Shown here: in pieces, positions 16,033 to 25,477 of the stretch
How positions within the stretch are numbered: the first letter of the stretch is position 1
Layout of the letters: the number at the start of each line of letters is the position of its first letter
Notes under the pieces: model-generated
The model's input: the letters and a program-made list of their open reading frames with translations, nothing else
The model's database searches: none
What the model was told of the DNA's origin: nothing
Made by a program: the position numbers and the translations under genes
DNA from: an uncultured bacterium
GTDB lineage: Bacteria; Cyanobacteriota; Cyanobacteriia; Phormidesmidales; Phormidesmidaceae
Assembly: GCA_964590465.1 (NCBI GenBank)
Contig: CAZPYG010000008.1
Span: 15,418 to 79,417 of the forward strand
Direction of reading: 5' to 3'
Length of the DNA: 64,000 bases

Positions 16033-17013
16033 CTATTGATAACCCATTAAATGTGCCAATTTTGTCATGGTATGGCCAATGTCATCACGGGTTCCATTTT
16101 CATACCCTAATCGCCGGGCCATTTCCCAGGTTTCCTGCTCATTGAGTTCCGCTAAAGCTTCTGGTAAAAAGGCTTCGAGGGAAGGTTCTTTTACTTTGCC
16201 TACCCTGAGTTGTGGACTGAGCATAAACTTAAGGTCGTTGCCTCCCCGGGCGGGAGAAGGACCAACACAGGCGTAGGGAGAATTTTCGGGGTGCTTCATA
16301 GCTTCGATTGCAGCAGTATCTGTGCGGATGCCCACCCACTCCGCGATTTGCGGTAAGTATTGGTCAGGATCGCTTAACAAGTCTTCTCCCCGAATCCGCA
16401 TGGTTTGGCCAGTGGGCAGTTGACTGGTAAATTCCATGATATTTCGATGCATTTCGTACCATTCAAGGGTATGGTACATTCGTTTGGGTCCCCGGGTGTG
16501 CATCGACCGCAAGAGCATGTCTTGGTTAAACTCTTTTCTTGATTTTGTAGCTGAAACAGGATGACGAACTAAATGCAGAAAGAAAGAATTGGGATACTGT
16601 TTATAAGCCCGTTTCAGATTGCGTATGCGCCGGGAGGTGACTGGGCTTTTTTCCACCCCTATCTGCGGGTTCACCTTTTCCAACAGGTAGTCCATCATAT
16701 CTTTCGTGGACCAGTCCCGACGATCGTGTAGCCACACAATGGCACGGGAAATAGATTCTGTCGTCTGAACTCCATCATGCAGTTGAGCCAAAGTTCTTAA
16801 AAGCCCATGGGGACCACAATAGCGGTTCTTACTCTTGATTTCATGCTCAATTAATTGGCCAACCGTGTCTTCCACAAACAAGTGAAGTTCCGGGAAGCCA
16901 TATAAATCGGGGTGTTCACCAATTACCGTAGACACCACCGAAGAAAAGGATCGGGGGGGAGAAAGCATGACGAAAAGTTCATCCATGGCAAAACCTTCAT
17001 ACCTCTCAGGCAA
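16033..17013 (-). CDS. Sulfotransferase-family protein (paralog 3)
   Basis: 326-aa ORF. 'LSPPRSFSSVVSTVIGEHP', 'FLHLVRHPVSATKS', 'LPTGQTMRIRGEDLL'. By alignment with paralog 2, the start may instead be the ATG at 16986 (MDELFVMLSPP), which has GAAGG upstream. Confidence 0.65.
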   Translation of the reverse strand: MPERYEGFAMDELFVMLSPPRSFSSVVSTVIGEHPDLYGFPELHLFVEDTVGQLIEHEIKSKNRYCGPHGLLRTLAQLHDGVQTTESISRAIVWLHDRRDWSTKDMMDYLLEKVNPQIGVEKSPVTSRRIRNLKRAYKQYPNSFFLHLVRHPVSATKSRKEFNQDMLLRSMHTRGPKRMYHTLEWYEMHRNIMEFTSQLPTGQTMRIRGEDLLSDPDQYLPQIAEWVGIRTDTAAIEAMKHPENSPYACVGPSPARGGNDLKFMLSPQLRVGKVKEPSLEAFLPEALAELNEQETWEMARRLGYENGTRDDIGHTMTKLAHLMGYQ

Positions 17014-17126
17014 CGTTTGACAGAACGTTTTTTCAAGATAATCTGTTCATATCATCTAAACAGCAAGGCAAATGTAGCCTAGACTAAACAAAGCCAATTC
17101 AATGGGATGATCCAAAAAACTCGCGG

Positions 17127-18491
17127 TTAAGGTTGCGGAGCTGCCTTGCACAACCATAATTGTTTCCGACTCAGATCTACGGAATTAACCCGATCCATAG
17201 CTAACACCAACCCTAGGGGCGTTGAAATCGCCTGTTGGACATCGACTCTAAAGGCATCACTTAACCCTTCGATAGCCGTCGATGACCATTGTTCACCATC
17301 CTGGGTAAACCAGAGATTAAAATTTTCAACCGTTTGGACACAGCAGTAAAGCAGGTTTTCGTGAACGGCCATGTACGGATATACCGGATTGGCCGGTGGT
17401 TCTTCAAAGCCTGGCCCCATCACAGAAAGAGGAACTTTAAGACCAGCAGGTGAATATTTCGGTGCTCCGACGATTAAGTCCCACTGATTATCAGGGTAAA
17501 TGCGGTAAAGTTCGCTACCGGCCCAGAAAAATCCCGGTTTTTCTAATGAATCTGACAGCGCCAAACTAGTAGAGCCATACAGGCAATTCTGGAAAACTTC
17601 CAGGGAGGTGATCATTCCATTTAGAGCATAGCCATAGCCGCCTTTTTCTAAAACAAGTTCCCAGCTATAAGGAGGTTCACCGTCAGCCGAGGTTTTCCAA
17701 AGCTGAAACCCCTGAACCGGATTATGGGTAGCCGCATATAAAGCATTCTGGAAAACGGTTAAAGCGGTAACGGCTTGATTTCTAGGATCTCCGAAACCTG
17801 GACAGTTTGCGGGTTGCCAATCGCCTGACTCAATCGCGTTAGCGACATAAATTACAGCCTGCTGCTTAGCACTTTGCTTTTGGCTGGCAACCGGTAGAGC
17901 AAAAAAATTACCGTTGAAAGGCTGTATCTGACGTCCTGGTTTATTGGCATCAACCGGTGAAAACGAGACCCCATCCGAAGACTTTAGCAGCTCCGATTTG
18001 GACGACGAAGAAAAGCTAATGTATAGGTTGAGAGATGACAGTTTTCCATCAGGAACTGTGACTGCCTCAGCCTGCAATTGATACCCTTGGGGAACAGGGT
18101 TTTGATCGGCATCATCGGCCTTGAAAACCGCTTCTGGCCCTGCCGGTAACGTTTCCTGGTAGATGGTTTTCCAACTCCCTTCACTCGGGTTAAAGCAGAG
18201 GACCTGACGAATTTCTTCTAGAAGTTCAGGGAAGTAGCCAATAGACGCTAGAAATAGCAGATCTTTGAAGAATACAATAGAAAAATCAACGTTCTCGGCT
18301 GGGCTGGGCAGATCCTCCGGTGTGATATCAACGAAAGTATGGGCTGGAGATGGCGAAGGCGACTGTACAATAGCTGAAATCGGTTTTTCCTGTAGCTTTG
18401 GCTCTTCTTTCCGAGTTAAACCCTGTACCAACTCGGTGAACTTTGCCTTTAATCCAGACGTCTTCTTCAACAAAGTAACTACGTTTCCCAT
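17127..18491 (-). CDS. Beta-propeller-like repeat protein, hypothetical (paralog B)
   Basis: 454 aa. Motifs 'ALYAATHNPVQGFQLWKT', 'CLYGSTS', 'LLYCCVQTVENFNLWFTQDGEQW'. Paralog of 12392..13918. Confidence 0.6.
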   Translation of the reverse strand: MGNVVTLLKKTSGLKAKFTELVQGLTRKEEPKLQEKPISAIVQSPSPSPAHTFVDITPEDLPSPAENVDFSIVFFKDLLFLASIGYFPELLEEIRQVLCFNPSEGSWKTIYQETLPAGPEAVFKADDADQNPVPQGYQLQAEAVTVPDGKLSSLNLYISFSSSSKSELLKSSDGVSFSPVDANKPGRQIQPFNGNFFALPVASQKQSAKQQAVIYVANAIESGDWQPANCPGFGDPRNQAVTALTVFQNALYAATHNPVQGFQLWKTSADGEPPYSWELVLEKGGYGYALNGMITSLEVFQNCLYGSTSLALSDSLEKPGFFWAGSELYRIYPDNQWDLIVGAPKYSPAGLKVPLSVMGPGFEEPPANPVYPYMAVHENLLYCCVQTVENFNLWFTQDGEQWSSTAIEGLSDAFRVDVQQAISTPLGLVLAMDRVNSVDLSRKQLWLCKAAPQP

Positions 18492-18520
18492 CGTTATATG
18501 GCTTTTAAGTTTACCGCTGC

Positions 18521-19132
18521 CTATGTAATCGCGGGCTCACTATTAGAGGGAGCATCGCTGGCATCGTCTGCTTGAACAGCTTTGACAGCCCGTACATGTA
18601 CCTCAATGGCTTCTAGCTCTTTTTGAGTCATCACTAGAGCCTCTTTAAGGATGTTGTAACGGTACTGAACCTCTTTTCGATATTGCTCAATTTCGTCTAA
18701 AGTCGACGAACTCGGATGGAAGGTGGTGTCAGCACTGTACAACCAAGTATGCATATGCTTCAGAAAAGCACTTCCTCCCAGTTGGTCCAGCAATGCCTGA
18801 CTGGGGGGTCGTTTATCTTTGGGTAACTCAGAATCAACGACATTATCTTGATCGGGCAAGTTCTGAGCTTCTGGATCAGGCTGAGTAAAGGGATTTTCAG
18901 CAGCTTGATTGACTGGCCCACCTTTATCTGGCCTGGGCCGACTGTTTTTAACTTCCAGGTAACGCCGAAGCAAGTCGATTTTGGTCTCAGGACCTTCTTT
19001 TACCTTAACCAGGCGGGAAATCTCTGGCCGGTCGCCCTGTACTTCAAGTTCCCGTCGAGGTTCTTTACGTCGTTCCCGTAATTGCTGTAGAGCTGTTTGT
19101 CGCTTTTGCTCAAGGTCGCCGTGATTTGCCAT
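18521..19132 (-). CDS. Hypothetical charged protein (203 aa)
   Basis: ORF track. K/R/E-rich N-terminus and a predicted helical C-terminus. It is packed in the same-strand gene string, 29 nt from the next gene. Confidence 0.45.
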   Translation of the reverse strand: MANHGDLEQKRQTALQQLRERRKEPRRELEVQGDRPEISRLVKVKEGPETKIDLLRRYLEVKNSRPRPDKGGPVNQAAENPFTQPDPEAQNLPDQDNVVDSELPKDKRPPSQALLDQLGGSAFLKHMHTWLYSADTTFHPSSSTLDEIEQYRKEVQYRYNILKEALVMTQKELEAIEVHVRAVKAVQADDASDAPSNSEPAIT

Positions 19133-19278
19133 GGTGAATTAGTAGACACGCACCGAACTGATTAATCTATGGATTGTAGCGCTCCTTTCATTATTAATGG
19201 CAACAGCTTAGCAATAAACCGGGCAGGAGGTAAATCGTGTTTAGACAGTTGACGAATTTGATTTAATGAATTTCGTTT

Positions 19279-20718
19279 TTAAAGCCCCTGATTGAGTATA
19301 AATCCCCATACTTCAGTATAAAGCGGTTCACCACTGGGTAAAATCGGAGTCGCCGGGTCTACGACAACGCTCCCATGTTCAGCTCCAGCAACTTGGGGAG
19401 ACGCTGATGTAACCAGTTGGCGCGAATTACCGTAAGGGGGGGCTGCCTGATCAACATTTACGGGTGGACCGAAGTTATCTAGCCCCAGTAGGGCAAACGC
19501 ATCTAACTGTTTCGGGAAAGGGAATATTGGGTCATTGATGTGTTGAAAAGTAAAATAGCTTTCGATCGGAGTTAAAGAATCTTCTGCTAACCATGGAGCA
19601 AAATCGTTAAAAATACGGATGTGATCCAGCTCTGGAGCGAACAAAACTGCCCCTGCTAGTCTCCTATTCTTAGCAATAATGGCTGCATGCCCTCCCCCTT
19701 GGGAATGACCAGCAAGGACAACCTGACTCCATCGAATCTCTCCATTCCCCAAAAAGGTAGACCAACCCTGCTCGGGATACTGTAAGGCTAGGTAGCGAAG
19801 GACTTGTAAGAGTCGATTCTGAATTGAATCAGCTGCGGTGATAGTGACCCGATTACTACGGTCAGTGCCATCAGCTATTTCTAAACGAAAATTTTCCGCA
19901 CAGTCAGGATTTCGGATAAAACCACACCCCTTAGCACTGGTAACCGCAGTTGAATTAGGATAAGCCAGTCCAATGGCATGATAACCAAGAGCTGCCGCCT
20001 GCTGAGCAATCAACCGATTACTCAGGGGAGAACCATTGGTGCCGGGTAAAAAAACTAATAGTCTTCCTTGCGGTTGAACAGCCGAATCTACAGTGACATA
20101 GTGCGGACCCTTCGGCTCGGCAATGTTTCGATCAGTGGCAACGGAAGGGATGACATACTCTACTAAAGTTGGACTTTTGGGAGGATTGTTTTCCAGGGCA
20201 GCGGCAGTTAAAAAGTAAGGAGTACTAAGGGCCCCAGCCTCCAACGTAATGACATAATCTCCGGCTGCAAGGGACACGGCAATCGCTTCAGGCAAAGGTC
20301 CAGGGTTAGAGGATGCGGCAATGATATTTCCATTGCCATCCTTTAAGCTCATATCAACATTGGCCTCTAACCCAAACAAGTTAATGTTGAAATTATTGGC
20401 AGCTTTTAGGGTAAAAGGTAGAGTCGATGCTTCGTTACCCTGCAAGTCCCCTTGGGCCTGCGCAATTTGAATGTCTTTTCCTTCAAGACTGGCAGTAATT
20501 TCGGACACAGGACGGGCTGAAAAAAGAACCGTTGGCTCAGACATCTCTGGGGTTTCCCCATGCATTTCTGGCCCAAGGGTCCAGAATCCAGCCTTCAAGG
20601 GATTAACAGGGACTAAGGCAGCTGCTGCTCCTGGCGTAGCCAGGGATAGGCCGAGGGTAAAACAGGACAGCCTAACGGCAAAAGGTCTGAGCATGATTTC
20701 CACTTTTGATAGTTGCAT
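19279..20718 (-). CDS. Secreted protein: signal peptide + PPC (pre-peptidase C-terminal-like) domain + GHSQGG alpha/beta-hydrolase domain
   Basis: 479 aa. Hydrophobic N-terminus 'LSCFTLGLSLATPGAAAA'. PPC-like segment 'NVDMSLKDGNGNIIAASSNPGPLPEAIAVSLAAGDYVITLEA'. 'LAGHSQGGGHAAIIA'. Confidence 0.6.
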   Translation of the reverse strand: MQLSKVEIMLRPFAVRLSCFTLGLSLATPGAAAALVPVNPLKAGFWTLGPEMHGETPEMSEPTVLFSARPVSEITASLEGKDIQIAQAQGDLQGNEASTLPFTLKAANNFNINLFGLEANVDMSLKDGNGNIIAASSNPGPLPEAIAVSLAAGDYVITLEAGALSTPYFLTAAALENNPPKSPTLVEYVIPSVATDRNIAEPKGPHYVTVDSAVQPQGRLLVFLPGTNGSPLSNRLIAQQAAALGYHAIGLAYPNSTAVTSAKGCGFIRNPDCAENFRLEIADGTDRSNRVTITAADSIQNRLLQVLRYLALQYPEQGWSTFLGNGEIRWSQVVLAGHSQGGGHAAIIAKNRRLAGAVLFAPELDHIRIFNDFAPWLAEDSLTPIESYFTFQHINDPIFPFPKQLDAFALLGLDNFGPPVNVDQAAPPYGNSRQLVTSASPQVAGAEHGSVVVDPATPILPSGEPLYTEVWGFILNQGL

Positions 20719-21058
20719 CGTTTACAAGCTTCCCAAGAGGTACAACCCAAACTCCCGTCAAGGTTGGCAATCCAAAGGGTTTCAAAATCCTTCCAAAAAC
20801 CATAGAGCGAAAAGTTATAGTATTCAATAAATCTCAGGTCAGAAATTTATATTAAGGATTAAGAAAACCTTTTCCCAAGGCTAAGAGGAATTTTACAAAT
20901 TGTCTAAACGAATACGGAAAGTCAACTTATTACCAGTTTTACCACTTAGGCTTAGTGGGCTAGTTTTTATACTTCTTCCCATGCTATGCTCAATCTTGAT
21001 TCTATTGAATAGTTTTAACCAGCCTACTTATACACCATAGATTTTAACTAATAGACTT

Positions 21059-22615
21059 ATGCGTCGTTTATCTATTCTTGTAAAAGCCGCGGTGTTAGCA
21101 GCGACAGGCGTTTCATTAACTCAGGGGAATGTCAGTGCCTGTTCTGATACAACATCTTACTGGATTGATTCTTCCGGCCAGTGTGCCGACCTGTCTAATC
21201 TGGCTCAACCGAGCCCGCTCAATGCTGAAGTAGATGCCGGACAATTGGACATCACTCCTAGACCTAGAAGCGTCAATAATTTTGTTGGGGTGTCGGATCC
21301 GGAAGACTCCTTTCAGTTTTTCCTGCAGGCTCCCAGCAGAGTTGAGTTTACCTTGAGTGAATTGACGCAAGGCGCAAATCTCATTCTCACTGATCCTCTG
21401 GGTAACATCATTGCCAGGTCTACCAATGGTGGCACTCAGGATGAACTGATTTCCGAGGAGTTGGAACCGGGAGACTATGTTGTAGTCGTCAGGTCGACCA
21501 AAGACAATAGCACCAGCTACAGGCTAACGGCCCGGGCCGTCTACTTGACCGATGAAATCGCCATTCAATTCGACCAGGCCGATATTACGGATCCAGAGTT
21601 TTATGGTGATGACAGAGCCCAAGTTACCTGGCAGGACAGAAGTGGAAATCTATGGGTGGCCCCGGTGTTGCCCTCCGGAGATTTTGACTTACCCCAGGCC
21701 CAAATTGTCACAGACGGGTTAGCGCCGATTCCGGCCCCTAATGGAACGGGTAATGGTCCGGAATGGGGCCTAACGGAACGTGGGGTAGGCATTCTTTATA
21801 CGGCGCTCATTAACGGCGACTTTTTCCTCGGGCTGGCAGAATATATTAACAACGCCTGGACCACGAGTATATTGCCCAACAGTAAGTTTGGGCATTCCCC
21901 TTTCGGGACGTTTCTCTCTAATGACCCCAAACCTTTAACGGCATTTTTCGTTGGCACCCCCGAAACTCGCAGGCAGGCTATCGCCTGGGGTTCAGTTGCC
22001 CAACCTGACGATGGAGGCCTGGTTCCCTTTACTCGCGATGATCAGGGTAATACAGAAGGCATCCGATGGGTGGAAGGTGAGCGCTCCCTGGTGTACGTGT
22101 TGCCGATCGATGACATCAGACAGGCCGTTCGCTACAACGTCGATACCGGGCAACTGGCTCAACTGACAACGAACCAAACCCAGAAAGGGGCTGTCTTCAT
22201 GTGGCAGGCTCCTGAGTATGGGGGCGAATTGCTGATTATGGTCAAAGAATCGGAGGGACCAAACTCGCGGCTGTTTAGTTCGGTTGGAATTTTCCGCAAT
22301 ATTGGGGGAGAGTGGGTTCGAATTAAGCGGATTCAACCCCCCAGTGACCTGGCTGAAATTCGCTCCCCCGAACCTTTTACTTATCAAGGAAAATCCTATA
22401 TCTCGATGTTAGTGGAAGATGACAAGCAGGATCCCTCAGAAGTCTGGATAGCTGGTATAGATCCCGAAGTCGAATTTTATCGTCAGGTTAGCGATCCTAA
22501 CCTCGATAACCTGGTCAGGAATGACCCAGAGCCGTTTGAAACCGCAGATGGTATGTTTGTGTACTATGCGATTCGGGGTAGAGGAGTCGTTGTCAGAGCT
22601 AATACTGGTCTTTAA
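21059..22615 (+). CDS. Secreted protein: signal peptide + PPC-like domain + beta-rich (propeller-like) domain, hypothetical
   Basis: 518 aa. 'LVKAAVLAATGVSLTQG'. PPC-like 'DSFQFFLQAPSRVEFTLSELTQGANLILTDPLGNIIARS...LEPGDYVVVVRS'. Full-length paralog of 27087..28583. Confidence 0.6.
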   Translation: MRRLSILVKAAVLAATGVSLTQGNVSACSDTTSYWIDSSGQCADLSNLAQPSPLNAEVDAGQLDITPRPRSVNNFVGVSDPEDSFQFFLQAPSRVEFTLSELTQGANLILTDPLGNIIARSTNGGTQDELISEELEPGDYVVVVRSTKDNSTSYRLTARAVYLTDEIAIQFDQADITDPEFYGDDRAQVTWQDRSGNLWVAPVLPSGDFDLPQAQIVTDGLAPIPAPNGTGNGPEWGLTERGVGILYTALINGDFFLGLAEYINNAWTTSILPNSKFGHSPFGTFLSNDPKPLTAFFVGTPETRRQAIAWGSVAQPDDGGLVPFTRDDQGNTEGIRWVEGERSLVYVLPIDDIRQAVRYNVDTGQLAQLTTNQTQKGAVFMWQAPEYGGELLIMVKESEGPNSRLFSSVGIFRNIGGEWVRIKRIQPPSDLAEIRSPEPFTYQGKSYISMLVEDDKQDPSEVWIAGIDPEVEFYRQVSDPNLDNLVRNDPEPFETADGMFVYYAIRGRGVVVRANTGL

Positions 22616-22621
22616 CTTGTG

Positions 22622-22661
22622 ATGCCCTTCATCCTCTAGAAGATGAAGGGATGAAGGGCAT
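22622..22661 (+). terminator. Hairpin after the 21059..22615 gene (two alternative pairings)
   Basis: TGCCCTTCAT (22623-22632) pairs with ATGAAGGGCA (22651-22660). Alternatively, CCCTTCATC pairs with GATGAAGGG (22642-22650), because ATGAAGGG is tandemly duplicated. There is no clear T-run. Confidence 0.35.
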
Positions 22662-22747
22662 TCAAGAGTCCATTTGGGAATATGGAAATTAACTAAATGA
22701 CATATGTCATATTCTTTTGTTACTTTTTGAACAATAAAAAAGTAATT

Positions 22748-24019
22748 TTATCTTTCTGTGATGTTTACCATTGTGACTTTTCGCTGTAGGGTTAAATCTG
22801 AGTAGTAAACCCCTAATAACCCACTGCTGGAAAAGAAAACAAGTTCAGAATCAGTAGAGCTAACATTGCCATTTTGCGCGATGAAAGAAGAGCCGTCTAA
22901 GGAGTACAGGGTAGCATTACCATCCCCTGTAACATAGATAATAGAGCGAGGGGTATTTAGGCTGCTGATCACTGTGGCATTCACCCGAGGCAGTTTACTG
23001 TAAGGAATGCTTAGAAGTTCAATCCATACCCCATCACTGTTGCGTGCCTTTATAATCAGTACAAAATCCTCGTTGTTGGCATCTTGATCTGGAATGGCTA
23101 TACCTGGACATCCACCAGAAGAATTTTCAGGTTGCAATCCTAAGGCTACACATTCATGAGCCGGAATTGTCCAGGTTCTAAATCCACCGAATAGTCTACC
23201 TACAGGTCTTTGACTGTAAATCAAAGCTAGGTCCTGTCCATTGTCAGAATACTCATAAATTCCATCTTCACCTGCTCGAAGAAATCGAGTTGGGTTCTCC
23301 GGATGTAACTGGCTTTTCTGAGGTTCGCTAATCGGTATGTTCTCAAACTCATCGATAGTTGTATATTCAGAGATGGTGCCGTCTGGAGCGATTGAGAGTT
23401 GACCCCAAATCAATTCATAGCGAGGATCAGATGAGTCGATGGGGAGATGTGGAGCGATAGCCTTAATTTGAAGCTTGGGAAAATTAAGCGAAAGGCCGTT
23501 AGCTGTATTCAACCAGTTGTCAGAACCCGGTATCGTTTGATTGAGAACTCTTATGTTTCTCCAACTATCCCCCAAGAATTGAACCAGTTGAACCCCTTGA
23601 GGCGACGTATACGATAGTAACGGCTCAGAGTTTGGTCCTAAGCCAAATTCTGCATCAGATCTAACAGATGCATTACATTCATTGTTGGCGACTTCTAACT
23701 CATTACCAAAAGGTAACCCGGTAAACGAGTCGAGAGCTCGTACAAAAACCCGTTGCTTTCGCTCTTGGGTCCGCCTGCAAATGCTTCCATCTTGCCGGTT
23801 TCTAACATAAGCAATTAAACCAAGTGGAGTATCACCTTTAATTGCCTCGATAATTTCCATGTCACCCCCAACATTATTCGGTAAAGTGCCTATACTGACA
23901 ACTTTTGCCCTGAGGCTAGGGAGGTCATGACCCAGAACAACTGTCGGGGTAATTCCGAACGAGACCAGCGCGCATATCGTACCAATCGAAACAGGCTTAG
24001 CTATTTTTTTGGGGAGCAT
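22748..24019 (-). CDS. Secreted hypothetical protein
   Basis: The ORF track gives 22748..24124. I prefer the internal ATG at 24019, which yields a signal-like N-terminus 'MLPKKIAKPVSIGTICALVSFGITPTVVLG'. No recognisable motifs. AT-rich codon usage. Confidence 0.5.
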   Translation of the reverse strand: MLPKKIAKPVSIGTICALVSFGITPTVVLGHDLPSLRAKVVSIGTLPNNVGGDMEIIEAIKGDTPLGLIAYVRNRQDGSICRRTQERKQRVFVRALDSFTGLPFGNELEVANNECNASVRSDAEFGLGPNSEPLLSYTSPQGVQLVQFLGDSWRNIRVLNQTIPGSDNWLNTANGLSLNFPKLQIKAIAPHLPIDSSDPRYELIWGQLSIAPDGTISEYTTIDEFENIPISEPQKSQLHPENPTRFLRAGEDGIYEYSDNGQDLALIYSQRPVGRLFGGFRTWTIPAHECVALGLQPENSSGGCPGIAIPDQDANNEDFVLIIKARNSDGVWIELLSIPYSKLPRVNATVISSLNTPRSIIYVTGDGNATLYSLDGSSFIAQNGNVSSTDSELVFFSSSGLLGVYYSDLTLQRKVTMVNITER

Positions 24020-25477
24020 GGGCTTAATACTTACAAGGAACTTAACAATTCTCTGGCTTCTAGAAAATTGAACTGTTATAGCGGTTTTAGTCGGATGCAG
24101 CATATTGAAAGCCTTGCCATACAAGAATCATAGGTTTCACCATGCACCTCACTCGAGTGACAACCGCTATAGTTCAATCTAAACCTTTTCCAAGTCCAGA
24201 AGTGGAGTTTTGCCTTAGAGAAAACTACAGATCTCGAGCTGGACTTGGTATAGATTACTAATGGCAACATCAAAGTACTTGTAATAGTCAATCTGGTTTA
24301 AGGCACCGAATCTGTTCAGTCGGAAACTGGAAACTATAATACCATTTTAACAATTTCACTTATTAGTGTTGTTTGTGAAATACGCCCCCCGTGCGAAGAT
24401 AGTGTTATCAGTATAAATACCAAACCAATAAAAGTTTGAATAGAATATTCAGTACTGCTACTCAGTAGCAAGCTAAAGGATTTAAACTTGAGCCATAAGG
24501 CAAGGCAACTTAATCAAATTTTAAGTGATTTAGGTAACGCGATTTGATAGATGAAGTTTAGATACAAGGATTGACAGGCCAAATCCAGAGAGCATTTGAC
24601 CCATCCTTTCCTTAGTAATAAATCACATTATGGCGAGGCCCTGGCAATATATAGCTAGATTTAGCCTTGCAAACAGGCTTAAGAGAGAAACATATTGCGT
24701 ACATTTTCGGGTGGAGCCTTAATTTCAAAGGAGTCCTTCGGAGGACAGCTATATACCTGACCTAAAGAGCATGCCTAAACTATACAGACAAAGGGATTTA
24801 ACCATTAGACCTTATCGGTAATAAGGGGGGGATGGCCTCAAACGCTTACTTGGTAAGGGCTTCAGTCGCTTTTTGCTGATTTTTGAAAGCCTTGTGTAGC
24901 AAGGGTTCCATGATTCCCGATTAAGTCTATTCAGTACTTATTTGATCTAAATGTTGACTGCATTGTGATTACGAAGCCATAGCCTCCTAAATACGTCCGG
25001 AGCCTCCGAAGTCAAAGCTAAACCTGAAGCAAAACGACAAAAAACTTAATATATCAGCGAACGATTGAAGCTCGAATTTCAGGCGGATCGACCATTCTAA
25101 ATCATTTGTAATTTACAATACACTCCAATTTTCAGAGAGCAAATTAACATTAGGTTTATCAGAAATGCGATAAAGCTGGAAAGGTATATTTGCATATAGC
25201 CATATAAGCGAATGAATTGTTAGTTGTGAGATGATGCCTTCAGTAGTGAGACTAAAGAGAGAGTTGGAAGCGCCTACCCCTCCTATCCAAGAGCGGGTTA
25301 TGAAGGACTGCTCGGCAAGCTGTCTGCGTCTTTTGTACAAGGAAGTGTTCATGGAATATAATCGTTCGATAAGCTTTGCCGCAGTGCAGAAGTAAAAATA
25401 TGTTTCTTTAGACTCTGAGGGTATTTCGTTTTTAATGAAAATCCTGTCTTTTGCTTCTTATAGGATGTTTGCCTAAA

